A stretch of DNA of 64,000 bases, taken from an uncultured Methanosarcinales archaeon (GTDB lineage Archaea; Nanobdellota; Nanobdellia; Woesearchaeales; GW2011-AR15). The first letter of the stretch is position 1. Each line of letters begins with the position of its first letter. The DNA is taken from assembly GCA_964428335.1 (NCBI GenBank), contig CAYRXW010000005.1:79481-143480 (forward strand), in the 5' to 3' direction. The notes below the pieces were generated by a model that was given only the letters and a program-made list of their open reading frames with translations, had not been told where the DNA came from and made no database searches. A program made the translations under genes and the position numbers. Below are positions 9,141 to 19,108 of this stretch, one piece after another.

Positions 9141-10703
9141 TTATTTTCCGCTTTCAATTTCGCCAACAATTTTATCAATTGCAGTTCTAAGTTCATGCTG
9201 TTTTTTTACGATTTCAGAAATTTGTTTATTAAGTTGAATGATATCAACAACTTCGTTTGTATCTTCCTGTTCTACATAGCTTGAAACTGCAATATTATAA
9301 TCATTTTCTGCAATCGTTTTATTATCTACTAATTTAGCAAAATACGTAACATCTTTACGATTTTTGAATGCATCAATAATTTTATTTAGGTTTTCATCAC
9401 TCAACTTATTTTTATTTCCTCCGCGAACAAATTCAGCAGATGCATCGATAAATAAGGTATTATTATCTTTCTTGCTTTTTTTAAGCACGATTATACAGGT
9501 TGCAATTGTAGTTCCAAAAAATAGATCCGGTGGTAACTGAATAACCGCGTCAACATAATTATTATCAACCAAATATTTTCTGATTTTTTGCTCTGCTCCA
9601 CCCCTATAAAGTACACCAGGGAATTCAACTATTGCAGCAGTTCCACTTGTAGAAAGCCATGATAGCATATGCATTGTAAAAGCTAAATCTGCTTTGCTTT
9701 TAGGTGCCAAAACTCCTGCTGGAGAAAAACGAGGATCATTAATTAATATGGGATTAGAATCTCCTTCCCATTGTATTGAATAAGGGGGATTAGAGACAAT
9801 TGCATCAAATGGCTCATCATCCCAATGTTTAGGATGTGTAAGTGTATTGCCATGCGCGATGTTAAAATGATTGTAGTTAATATCATGCAAGAACATATTA
9901 ATACGACATAGGTTAAAAGTTGTTAAGTTAATTTCTTGCCCAAAAAAACCTTGACGAACATTTTCTTTTCCGAGAACTTTAGCAAATTTAAGTAACAAAG
10001 AACCAGAACCACAAGCAGGGTCATATACTTTATTTAGTTCTTTTTTGCCAATAATCGTAATTCTAGCCAAAAGTTCGCTAACTTCTTGAGGTGTAAAAAA
10101 TTCTCCTCCTGACTTTCCGGCACTGCTGGCATACATTGTCATTAAAAATTCATAAGCATCGCCAAAAGCATCAATAGTATTGTCTGAATAATTTCCAAGA
10201 CCAAGTTCACTTATTGATTCTAAAAGCTTAACAAGCTGTTTATTTCTATGCTCTACTGTGTTTCCTAGCTTATTTGAATTTACATCTAAGTCATCAAATA
10301 ATCCTTTTAAGTCTTCTTCGCTTTCTGTTCCCTTTGCAGAATTTTCAATATTCTTAAAAACCGCAGACAAGGTTTCATTCAAATTAGGATCATTACGTGC
10401 TTTTCTAGTGACATTCTTGAATAATTCACTTGATAGAATATAAAATCCTTTTTCCTTAACAGTGTCAGCTCTGCCAAGTTCAGCTTCTTCATCAGATAAG
10501 TTAGCATAATCAAAATCTTTCTTTCCAGAACGCCTTTCATCATCATTAATATAATTAGTAAGATTTTCGCTAATAAAGCGATAAAAAAGTATTCCTAAAA
10601 CATATTGTTTAAAATCCCACCCATCAACACTACCTCTTAGATTGTTTGCAATTTGCCAAATAGTTCGATGCAATTCTGATCGTTCTTGCTCTTTTGATGC
10701 CAT
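9141..10703 (-). CDS. hsdM: Type I R-M N6-adenine DNA methyltransferase subunit HsdM
   Basis: NPPYS catalytic motif (IVSNPPYSIQW), AdoMet-binding region DPACGSGS, 520 aa. The stop codon lies 2 nt from the hsdS start. Confidence 0.9.
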   Translation of the reverse strand: MASKEQERSELHRTIWQIANNLRGSVDGWDFKQYVLGILFYRFISENLTNYINDDERRSGKKDFDYANLSDEEAELGRADTVKEKGFYILSSELFKNVTRKARNDPNLNETLSAVFKNIENSAKGTESEEDLKGLFDDLDVNSNKLGNTVEHRNKQLVKLLESISELGLGNYSDNTIDAFGDAYEFLMTMYASSAGKSGGEFFTPQEVSELLARITIIGKKELNKVYDPACGSGSLLLKFAKVLGKENVRQGFFGQEINLTTFNLCRINMFLHDINYNHFNIAHGNTLTHPKHWDDEPFDAIVSNPPYSIQWEGDSNPILINDPRFSPAGVLAPKSKADLAFTMHMLSWLSTSGTAAIVEFPGVLYRGGAEQKIRKYLVDNNYVDAVIQLPPDLFFGTTIATCIIVLKKSKKDNNTLFIDASAEFVRGGNKNKLSDENLNKIIDAFKNRKDVTYFAKLVDNKTIAENDYNIAVSSYVEQEDTNEVVDIIQLNKQISEIVKKQHELRTAIDKIVGEIESGK

Positions 10704-10973
10704 ATTACTATTTAAAAATCATATTCATTAAATATGTTTTGCTCTTTTTTTTATAGTTTATTAATTAATCATTTCGTAAAAAAATAGAGAAAAATTCATC
10801 TTTTCTTCATTTTTTTAGAAAAAATGCTTTAAAAGCCAAAGAAAAACTTAGAGAACTTTTCAAAACCAACCAAAAAGATAAATAATAATAAATTCTTAAT
10901 CCACATCTCCCAACACCTATCCCTTTACAATCATTACTATACCCTTATAACCTCCATCCCATTCCCATATCAT
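10704..10973. promoter_or_regulatory. divergent AT-rich intergenic region between hsdM (minus strand) and the rhomboid gene (plus strand); likely holds both promoters
   Basis: 270 bp at roughly 20% GC, with TATA-like runs (tttata, ttttaaata). No transcription signal was verified. Confidence 0.3.
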
Positions 10974-11606
10974 ATGAACAAGAAATCCCAGTTCTTCCCT
11001 ATAGCTGATGATAATCCTGTCTCTAGATTTCCTTTCGTGAATTGGATATTGATTGTCGCTAACATCGCCATCTTCATCATCTCGCTGAGTGATTTTGAGA
11101 ATATAATAAGTGTTTTCGGTTTCACGCCTGCTGATTTCAGCATTATTACGTTATTCACAAGCATGTTCCTGCATGGTAGCATCGCTCACCTGCTTGGCAA
11201 TATGTGGTTCCTGTTCATCTTCGGAGATAATATCGAGGATAGGTTCGGCCATCTGAAATACATCCTTTTCTACATGCTTAGCGGGATTGCTGCATCATTC
11301 GCCCATTTCCTGCTTAATATCAATTCTTCAATACCTGCAATCGGAGCCAGCGGAGCCATAAGCGGAGTGCTTGGGGCATATCTGGTATTTTTCCCAAATG
11401 CAGGTGTATATGTATCAGGAAGTTACGGACATAGTGGCAAAGTATCAGCGAAACTCATGTTATTGATGTGGTTTGGCATCCAGCTGTTCAGCAGCGTCTT
11501 CTCTCTTTTTGGTGTAGAGAGCAGCATCGCTTTTTTTGCGCATGTAGGCGGGTTTATTTTTGGAGCTATTGGCGCATTGATATATAGGACAGCTGTAAAG
11601 AGATAG
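10974..11606 (+). CDS. rhomboid family intramembrane serine protease
   Basis: GASGAISGVLGAY (GxSG catalytic Ser), downstream AHVGGFIFGAIGA (catalytic His), multi-TM hydropathy. Confidence 0.8.
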   Translation: MNKKSQFFPIADDNPVSRFPFVNWILIVANIAIFIISLSDFENIISVFGFTPADFSIITLFTSMFLHGSIAHLLGNMWFLFIFGDNIEDRFGHLKYILFYMLSGIAASFAHFLLNINSSIPAIGASGAISGVLGAYLVFFPNAGVYVSGSYGHSGKVSAKLMLLMWFGIQLFSSVFSLFGVESSIAFFAHVGGFIFGAIGALIYRTAVKR

Positions 11607-11704
11607 ATTCTAGGGGTCTTAGGGGATGTGCCCCTAATCCATTATCTTAATTCTTCGTATTCAAAAACTAATTTTATATACCCTAACATACTCCCATATC
11701 CATC

Positions 11705-12217
11705 ATGAAAAAACTAATCCCATTCATCATTATATTCATCATCCTAACTTATCTTGGATTATATGCGTATTCCCTTTCAAGGATTGAAGTGAGTTCAGTT
11801 GATTTTACTGATATTAGGAGTGTTAATTCCACAGGGTTTTTTTTGGATGGGGAAATAAAGCTGTTTAATAATGGGACTGTGGGTGTTTTCATTGATAGGG
11901 TTGAATATGAGATAGTGCTTGATTTTAGCAATGAAAGCCTTTCCAAAGGTGTTATCAATGGTGAAAGCATAAGGAAAGGTGAATTTAATGACCTAAGCTT
12001 GAGTTCAGAGATATCATGGAACCCAGCAAAAGATGCGGCGCTTGGACTTATCATGAGAAAAGATATCAATGCCACTGTTTCTGGCTATGTCTATATCATT
12101 GATATGGGCTTTTTTGAACTAAAGGTTCCTTTTTCGGAGACTATTGATATAAAACCTTTACTTTGGGATTTCATACAGTCCAAGATAAAGAATGCGCTTG
12201 AGAACTTATTCGGATAA
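11705..12217 (+). CDS. hypothetical membrane-anchored protein (N-terminal TM; possible LEA_2/WHy-like fold)
   Basis: N-terminal hydrophobic helix followed by a ~150-aa soluble domain. Family assignment is speculative. Confidence 0.4.
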   Translation: MKKLIPFIIIFIILTYLGLYAYSLSRIEVSSVDFTDIRSVNSTGFFLDGEIKLFNNGTVGVFIDRVEYEIVLDFSNESLSKGVINGESIRKGEFNDLSLSSEISWNPAKDAALGLIMRKDINATVSGYVYIIDMGFFELKVPFSETIDIKPLLWDFIQSKIKNALENLFG

Positions 12218-12226
12218 AAAGAGGTT

Positions 12227-12667
12227 TTAATGAAGATATTCTACCTTTGCGCCTTTTGGCACAAGGTTTTCAAGGCCGCTTCTCCTAAGGATATAGGTGT
12301 CTTCTGCTTTCTTTACAGAAACAGGAACTGTGCTACTCATCATGACACTGCATCTGAACGCACCTTCGCCTTCATGCCTTTGGTATGCTTCCCGAAATTT
12401 TTGGAATGCGTGGCCATATGAAGTCACTGTATTCCCAAATTTAGACAGTTCATCATAGGATGTTATCATGACTGCAAGATTACCTTGGCTATCAAGAATG
12501 AAACCATCAATGAAATCAAAATCAGCCATAAGCCCCAAAAGGCCTTTCCTATATGCCTGTATGTCCATAAAGAGATGAAAAGAAAACTGGGTTAAAAAAG
12601 TATCTGAACATATCCTGCAGTGGACAAAAAATGCAGTGGACATTTGCTCGTAAGGTATATAATACAT
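12227..12667 (-). CDS. hypothetical protein (possibly roadblock/LC7-like)
   Basis: ORF of 146 aa. Only a weak resemblance (GFILDSQGNLAVMITS) to roadblock/LC7. Confidence 0.3.
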   Translation of the reverse strand: MYYIPYEQMSTAFFVHCRICSDTFLTQFSFHLFMDIQAYRKGLLGLMADFDFIDGFILDSQGNLAVMITSYDELSKFGNTVTSYGHAFQKFREAYQRHEGEGAFRCSVMMSSTVPVSVKKAEDTYILRRSGLENLVPKGAKVEYLH

Positions 12668-12748
12668 ATGATGATAAAAGAAGACGCCATCAGGCTGTTC
12701 TAGGACAGGAAAGTAAGGGTCAAATTTTTCAAAGTTGCTAATTATAAC

Positions 12749-12934
12749 TCACTTATAGAAAGGACACAGCCTGCATGCATCAGCTACTACATCAGGTATT
12801 ATGGTTTCTGGGCAATCTGGAAATGTTCCTCTGCAGTTTGGGTATTTCTTCTTGCCTTTTGAAAATGAATCCTGCTCTTTTGCCCATTCTGGCACATTTA
12901 CATGGACTTTCTTATGGCTTGGTGATTTTCCCAT
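12749..12934 (-). CDS. small Cys-rich hypothetical protein (61 aa)
   Basis: Cysteines are spaced CRGTFPDCPE...CRLCP, suggesting a metal-binding mini-protein. Confidence 0.3.
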   Translation of the reverse strand: MGKSPSHKKVHVNVPEWAKEQDSFSKGKKKYPNCRGTFPDCPETIIPDVVADACRLCPFYK

Positions 12935-13041
12935 TCTTAATTAGTTAGGACTTAGATGTTATTTATATCTGTTGTCAATAACAATTGTTAATTTTTTAAA
13001 AAACAGCAACGCTTAAAACCCAGTTAAAAATCTAGAGTAAT

Positions 13042-13326
13042 ATGGCAATAAAAATAAACGCATCACATATACTTGTAAAGACTGAAGAAGAAGCTAAAGC
13101 AATAAAAGCTGAATTAGACTCTGGAAAATCATTTGAAGACCTTGCTAAGCTTAAATCTATGTGCCCTTCAAAGAAGCAGGGAGGAAACCTTGGCTGGTTC
13201 ACTCATGGCATGATGGTCAAGGAATTTGAAAAAAGCGCTTTTTCAATGAAAAAAGGGCAGGTTTCACAGCCAGTAAAGACGCAGTTTGGATATCATATCA
13301 TAAAAGTCAATGAGACGTGGGGTTAA
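13042..13326 (+). CDS. parvulin-type peptidyl-prolyl cis-trans isomerase (PinA-like)
   Basis: ASHILV, GGNLGWF and GYHIIKV motifs. 94 aa. Confidence 0.85.
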   Translation: MAIKINASHILVKTEEEAKAIKAELDSGKSFEDLAKLKSMCPSKKQGGNLGWFTHGMMVKEFEKSAFSMKKGQVSQPVKTQFGYHIIKVNETWG

Positions 13327-13400
13327 ATCTTCCTGGAGCAGATTAAAAACAATAGATTCTTACTCAGTTTTATATATTAAGTCTTAACTCCTTTGTTATC

Positions 13401-14840
13401 ATGACCAATGAATCTTATGAAATCATATACCTAAATGCTGGAAAAGGAAAAAGAACCTGGCCTTTAGCACTTGTCTCTTCACTTAATTTCCTCTCTAAAT
13501 CCTTGCTAAGGATGATGGGTTTCTCACAGTTTGAATCCCAGGTATATGAGCATATGCCAGATATTCCACAAAACCTGCATATCATTGCAAAGGAAAAGGA
13601 AAACAGGAAAGACCTGCTTGAAAGGATACACCAGGAAGATGGACATATTTTTGGTTTTGAAAATGTATCATGGACGCATCCTCTGAAAGATCCAAGCAAT
13701 ACTGGAAGCGGGCTTGCGCTCTGCCAGGCTATACTTGACCAACCTGATCTGACAGGCATAGCTGTCGTGCTCCCTAATGATAATTATTTTCATCTGTCCA
13801 TAGATGACGCTGTAAGGAAACACAAGGAATCTGGAGCAGTCATTACAGTTCTTGAGACAATAGTTGATGGAAACGATGCAAAAAAATACGGTTTAATAAA
13901 AAAAGCAGGTGACCTTGTAGAAAAAATGGGTGAAAAAATTAAAACTTTCACCGGAATGTCAAAATTTCTTGGATATAAAGTAACTGGAACTTCTAAAGTC
14001 TCTGTAAATGGTGGAGCTTATATTATAAATGTCGATAAAATTAGGGAACTAATTAATGATGCTCAGGATAGATGGATCGCAAATATAATGGCAGAACAGG
14101 GTGAATTCGATATTGCCACACATCTTATACCTGGAATCCTTGAGAGGAAACTTACAATAGGCACATACGCTGTAGAAAAGTGGGCTGATCTTGGTGGGCT
14201 TGGCCTTATACTAAAGACAATGCATAGGGTCTTATCTGGAGAATTCCCATATTTTCAGGAAAGGCTCAGGAATGAGAACCACTATGTAGAGCTTCCTGGC
14301 AATGTATGGATACACAACAAGTCCTATAGGGAAAACCTGATGAACGGGAAAACTCTTGAGGAGCTCATGAATTCAACGGGACCTGATAAGGTAACTATTG
14401 GGCCAAATGTATATATCGGTTCAAATTGCTATATCTATCCAGGCGCTTCAATTCAGAATAGCAATATTGAGAAAGATACTATGGTAGGTAGCTGTGCAAA
14501 TATTTCAGGCAGTTATATCTCAATGGGTACGCAGATTGCAGATAATGCTGTGCTTCAAAACTCACTGACCTCAGATGGCACAAAAATAGGTCCATATGCT
14601 AACATAACAAAATCTGTTGTCGGTGCTGATATCAATGTCCCAACAGGTGTTACTTTAAATGAAGTAGTTGTATGGCCCCAGTACAAATTTAACGGAGAAA
14701 ACATATCTTATACAAAAGAAGTATTGTTAAATAAGCCAGTCATGAGAGCTAACCTAAAGACACTTGTAAATGGCGAAGATTGCTACTGGCCTACAAGGAA
14801 GCATCAGCGTGAACTGCTACACGAAGTATCATTACTCTAG
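13401..14840 (+). CDS. sugar-phosphate nucleotidyltransferase-like N-domain fused to a left-handed beta-helix (hexapeptide repeat) domain
   Basis: YLNAGKGKRTWPLAL resembles the NTP-transferase loop (AGGxGTRLxPLT). The C-terminus has hexapeptide repeats (IGPNVYIGSNCYIYPGASIQNSNI...). Confidence 0.5.
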   Translation: MTNESYEIIYLNAGKGKRTWPLALVSSLNFLSKSLLRMMGFSQFESQVYEHMPDIPQNLHIIAKEKENRKDLLERIHQEDGHIFGFENVSWTHPLKDPSNTGSGLALCQAILDQPDLTGIAVVLPNDNYFHLSIDDAVRKHKESGAVITVLETIVDGNDAKKYGLIKKAGDLVEKMGEKIKTFTGMSKFLGYKVTGTSKVSVNGGAYIINVDKIRELINDAQDRWIANIMAEQGEFDIATHLIPGILERKLTIGTYAVEKWADLGGLGLILKTMHRVLSGEFPYFQERLRNENHYVELPGNVWIHNKSYRENLMNGKTLEELMNSTGPDKVTIGPNVYIGSNCYIYPGASIQNSNIEKDTMVGSCANISGSYISMGTQIADNAVLQNSLTSDGTKIGPYANITKSVVGADINVPTGVTLNEVVVWPQYKFNGENISYTKEVLLNKPVMRANLKTLVNGEDCYWPTRKHQRELLHEVSLL

Positions 14841-14893
14841 AAATTTTTGCCTGGTTTTTCACAACCTTTAAATCCATAGCTCTATATTATATT

Positions 14894-15730
14894 GTGATGC
14901 CTAAAAAGAAATCCAAAAAAACATCTGTAAAAAAAGAAAATAAGAACCTTATCAAGGTACTATCTTTTCCTTTTGTATTACTGCAGTTTTTGGTGATGCT
15001 GCCATTCCGGATAATATCTTTCTTCTATAATTTAGCAATCAAGGTGAACAAGAAAACAAAGGAGATAAAGGTAAAGAAAGCAAGGGAAGCTATCGAAGCC
15101 AGGTATGAAGATTTTAAGATAATTGAGCAGTATTCAGGGGATATAAAAAAGTGGGAGAGGACACTTCCAAAGAGTTCAATTGGAATAATCATAGGTGCAA
15201 GAGGGAAAGGCAAGTCAGCTCTAGGAATAAAGATACTTGAGAACCTTAAAGCCATGAATAAGAAAAGCCTTTGCGCAATGGGGTTCAACCAGGAAGATAT
15301 GCCTGCATGGATAACTGTTGCAGGAGATATAAAGGACATCCCTTCAAATTCCTTTGTCCTTATTGATGAAGGAGGAATTTTATTTTCTTCAAGAAGATCA
15401 ATGACTGATGCAAACCAATTGCTTTCAGATTTGATACTGATTTCAAGGCATAAGAGCTTAAGCATATTATTCATAAGCCAGAATTCTGCAAACCTTGATA
15501 TAAACATACTTAGGCAGGCTGATTACCTGCTGCTAAAGCCTTCTTCTTTGCTCCAGATTGATTTTGAAAGGAAGAAAATAAAGGAATTATATGATGAAGT
15601 AAAAGAGCAGTTCGAGAAATTCCAGGAACATAAAGGGCTAACTTACATATATTCTGAAGATTTCAGAGGCTTTGTCAATAATCCCCTTCCAAGTTTTTGG
15701 ACAATGGATATCAGTAAGAGCTTTAAATGA
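14894..15730 (+). CDS. membrane-anchored P-loop NTPase (Zot-like or small packaging-ATPase-like)
   Basis: N-terminal TM helix. Walker A GARGKGKS. Walker B FVLIDEGG. Confidence 0.5.
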   Translation: MMPKKKSKKTSVKKENKNLIKVLSFPFVLLQFLVMLPFRIISFFYNLAIKVNKKTKEIKVKKAREAIEARYEDFKIIEQYSGDIKKWERTLPKSSIGIIIGARGKGKSALGIKILENLKAMNKKSLCAMGFNQEDMPAWITVAGDIKDIPSNSFVLIDEGGILFSSRRSMTDANQLLSDLILISRHKSLSILFISQNSANLDINILRQADYLLLKPSSLLQIDFERKKIKELYDEVKEQFEKFQEHKGLTYIYSEDFRGFVNNPLPSFWTMDISKSFK

Positions 15731-16387
15731 TTAATCCAGCATCCCTCTCTCCCTGAAGCTGAAGTATCCTTCACCAATTATCACATGATCCAATAGCTTT
15801 ATGTCAAGTAACTCCCCAGATTCTTTCATCCTTTGAGTTATTTCAATGTCTTCTGAACTTGGCTCAGTTGAATTTGAAGGATGGTTATGTATTAAAATGA
15901 ATGATTTTGCTGATTTTCTTATCGCTTCCTTAAGTATCTCTCTTGGATGGACCAATGATGCATCAAGTATGCCTAAAGAGATTAATTCTGGTTTTCCTAT
16001 TATCTGGTTTTTTGAATCTAGATAAATTCCAAAAAGATGCTCTTTCTTCTCTTCTTTTAAGTATTTCATGATATTATATATGTCGTTTGCGTTTCTTATC
16101 ATTACCTTTGAATCTTTTTTTGCTGCGTTTCTTCTTGAGAATTCATATAATGCAATTATCTGCATTGCTTTTGCATCCCCAATGCCTTTAATTTTTTTCA
16201 TCTCTTCCAAAGACAGGTCTGATAAATTCTCCTTAAGAAGCCTATTTGACATGTCAATTATATTCTCGTCCCTTGTGCCTTTCTGAAGTATTATTGCAAG
16301 AAGCTCTGCATCGCTTAGAGAAGAGACGCCAAATCTCAATAATCTCTCTCGAGGTTGGCTTTCTATCGGAAGATCTTTTATCTTCAT
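15731..16387 (-). CDS. RadC-like JAB/MPN domain protein
   Basis: JAMM motif HNHPSNSTEPSSED. N-terminal helix-hairpin-helix-like region. 218 aa. Confidence 0.85.
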   Translation of the reverse strand: MKIKDLPIESQPRERLLRFGVSSLSDAELLAIILQKGTRDENIIDMSNRLLKENLSDLSLEEMKKIKGIGDAKAMQIIALYEFSRRNAAKKDSKVMIRNANDIYNIMKYLKEEKKEHLFGIYLDSKNQIIGKPELISLGILDASLVHPREILKEAIRKSAKSFILIHNHPSNSTEPSSEDIEITQRMKESGELLDIKLLDHVIIGEGYFSFRERGMLD

Positions 16388-16425
16388 AAAATTTCATTTC
16401 ATCATGAAATATTAATAGTTTATCA

Positions 16426-18393
16426 TCAGAATTTCACTAATGCACTATAACCAAACATCTTTTCAATGTGCTGGAATTCTACTGTTTCATTTTGGACAAA
16501 TTTCATAATATTCCCAAGGAGATGTGGTACACTATTGATATTATACTTCCTGCGACCAGAAATGTTTTCAGCTATTTCAAGGTAAGTTACAATACCTTGG
16601 TTTTCCATAATATATTCTAAAGTTTTTTGCTCATCCTTGCTTAGCTTGCCTAAATAAATAAATTCATCATCACAAGAGAACACTGTTCCAAAAAAAGGAT
16701 TATAGTACCTATTATCTGTTATATGAACTAGTTTTCCCAGTGACCAACCAAACCCTTTGACCTCATAAAGCATATCCTCTCCCATTCTTTCGTTAAGCGT
16801 TCTAAGCCTCTTATCAAACGGACCATTTATGAATCCTAATTCTCCGTAATACAGAAACCTGCTATCCTGTTGCATAAACTTTTTTATAATCTTTTCGTCT
16901 TGCTTCTTAGAGTCATGGACTGCATACTCTGCTCCGTTTATTGTAACAGAACAAAACACATTTCCTGCCTGATAGAAATGACTATCTGAGATTCTGAGGA
17001 AATCATCTTCCACAAGTATGTGTTCAATAGGTTTAAAATTCAAGGAATAGCCTTTTCCTTGGTGATTCTTAAATAATGGTTGTCCTGGTGAGCGATCATT
17101 TACCAGCACATTAACCTCAGAAAGTGCTAAGGCAACTCTGTTTTTTTTCACTTTGCCTTTTACAAACTGATCAAAACTTGCAAATTCGGATGAATCAAGG
17201 ATAACTTTCATTGCTCGACTCTGTTTTAAGCTAAGCTTTCTCTCAAGATTTAGCTTCCCTGGAGCAAATTCGTAAAATAGCATATCATGCTCCATATCAA
17301 AATATTGGTCCTTGCAAAATCTATACAGTTTTTTTGGAAGATAATCTATGTAAAATCCATAACCCTCGATTCCCTTTATTGTGTCCTCGTGCGAACTATC
17401 TTTACGCAACCTATTATTAACTCTGTTTATGAATACCAACATGACATCGTGAGAATATGGAAATTTTTTAGCCAGCTCACTATAGGTTATCAATCTGCCT
17501 TTTCTTGCTAGGAAATACTTAAGAACTTCAGCAAGAGACTTTTTTAGGTCCTTTGCATATGTCGTTGAAGAGGCTTCTTTACCATAATATATAAAATTAG
17601 TTACTGTGTCAAACCAGTAGTCTCTGGTGACATGTACAGGGTTTATTGGTACATGCATCCAACTGATACCCATTGCTCCGGAATATCTACCAACATTTAC
17701 TAAAATTTGCGGAATTGAATTATTAAGCTCTATTAATTCCCTGGTATCGTGAATCATCTGAATGACATTTTTTCTATTTGTGTTAAACTCTTTTTCAATC
17801 TGTGTATACCTTACAAACTTCTTCTTTTTTGTCAGCGAAATAAGTTTAAGCTTTTGCTTTCCAACCTTTCCGATAGGCAAATCTACAATTTGCCCGATGC
17901 TATCATATAGATCCCCTGTTGATAGGTCAATCCATACACCCTCTCTTAGTTTAAGTGGATTTTGCGGTCCATAGCCTATCATGTACCCTATTCGTGATAT
18001 AAGACGAATATATCTTGATGAATTGCCTTCTTTTCCGAATATTTTCCATAAATCCCTAACGGATTTGAATAGATTCTGCCTGTTCTTCAGCATTGGATAT
18101 AAACCTTCGAATTCTTCATATCCCACTATTGATGTATAACTTGCTACAAGTGTATCTAACACGCGTTTTGCTGCTGGCATTTTATTCATATTGGATATGA
18201 ACTTTCGTTCTGTGAATTCTGGCTTACCTGTGAATAGGCTGAAATGTGCCTCTTTAGATTCGAAAACAAGCCCGGTTGAAGGCTCATAGTAATAGTCTCC
18301 TACCATAAATACCTCATCAGAATACTGAAGCCTTAAAATTTCATCCCTCAATACAGATATCCTTGTTTCAAGATCCACTTCATGAACATGCAT
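16426..18393 (-). CDS. large hypothetical protein (655 aa) with several winged-helix-like segments
   Basis: No catalytic motif recognised. Segments such as LITYSELAKKF...RVNNRL and IVTYLEIAENISG resemble wHTH modules. Confidence 0.35.
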   Translation of the reverse strand: MHVHEVDLETRISVLRDEILRLQYSDEVFMVGDYYYEPSTGLVFESKEAHFSLFTGKPEFTERKFISNMNKMPAAKRVLDTLVASYTSIVGYEEFEGLYPMLKNRQNLFKSVRDLWKIFGKEGNSSRYIRLISRIGYMIGYGPQNPLKLREGVWIDLSTGDLYDSIGQIVDLPIGKVGKQKLKLISLTKKKKFVRYTQIEKEFNTNRKNVIQMIHDTRELIELNNSIPQILVNVGRYSGAMGISWMHVPINPVHVTRDYWFDTVTNFIYYGKEASSTTYAKDLKKSLAEVLKYFLARKGRLITYSELAKKFPYSHDVMLVFINRVNNRLRKDSSHEDTIKGIEGYGFYIDYLPKKLYRFCKDQYFDMEHDMLFYEFAPGKLNLERKLSLKQSRAMKVILDSSEFASFDQFVKGKVKKNRVALALSEVNVLVNDRSPGQPLFKNHQGKGYSLNFKPIEHILVEDDFLRISDSHFYQAGNVFCSVTINGAEYAVHDSKKQDEKIIKKFMQQDSRFLYYGELGFINGPFDKRLRTLNERMGEDMLYEVKGFGWSLGKLVHITDNRYYNPFFGTVFSCDDEFIYLGKLSKDEQKTLEYIMENQGIVTYLEIAENISGRRKYNINSVPHLLGNIMKFVQNETVEFQHIEKMFGYSALVKF

Positions 18394-18458
18394 CTTCGAA
18401 GGGAGAATTAAGCTATATTTAAATCAACATTATGAAAACTTCTGAGTTTTCTTAGCTG

Positions 18459-19067
18459 TCATTTCCTAAAAACCATCAGTGAACCCAGGGACATAAAAAA
18501 AGGAAGCTTAAAAGGCATGCTCTCTGTCTTTATGCTCTTCAAGCCAATGGCTTTCCTCATCATCTCAGGATTAAAGGAATTTACATGATCTGGCACTTTT
18601 ACCGGCCTTCTTAACAGGAAAAACCTGCTTATTGTCCAATTTACCTCATTTGGAAATGTTATTATCAATAGTCCGTCTTTCTTTAATACCCTTTTAAGCT
18701 CCTTTAGCACATCTTTATAGAGGTAGATATGCTCAAGGACTTCAGAACATGTGATGCAGTCAAAGCTTTCATCAGGAAATTCAAGTTTTGTCAAGTCCAT
18801 CTTATAGAACTTCCCTTCAGGAAACCTTATCCTTGCTTTTTTTAAGGCTGCATCTGTTATGTCAATGCCAAAATACTCAGCTTTTCTTTTTGATAGAAAT
18901 TTCAACAGATGGCCTTCTCCGCAGCCTGCATCTAATACTTTCCTTCCTTTAACCTGTGCAAATATCTTATCCAGCCTATCTCTATGCACAAACCTTACAA
19001 GAGGGTTTTTTGAATTATATAGTGCTTCCATGTGATCTTCTGGCATATGGATATGTTCATTCACCAT
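18459..19067 (-). CDS. class I SAM-dependent methyltransferase
   Basis: Motif I VLDAGCGEGHL. Acidic residue after beta-2 (FGIDI). Confidence 0.75.
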   Translation of the reverse strand: MVNEHIHMPEDHMEALYNSKNPLVRFVHRDRLDKIFAQVKGRKVLDAGCGEGHLLKFLSKRKAEYFGIDITDAALKKARIRFPEGKFYKMDLTKLEFPDESFDCITCSEVLEHIYLYKDVLKELKRVLKKDGLLIITFPNEVNWTISRFFLLRRPVKVPDHVNSFNPEMMRKAIGLKSIKTESMPFKLPFFMSLGSLMVFRK

Positions 19068-19108
19068 GAATGATAATATTGGTTTTAGATTTATAAACTA
19101 AGTGGTTA

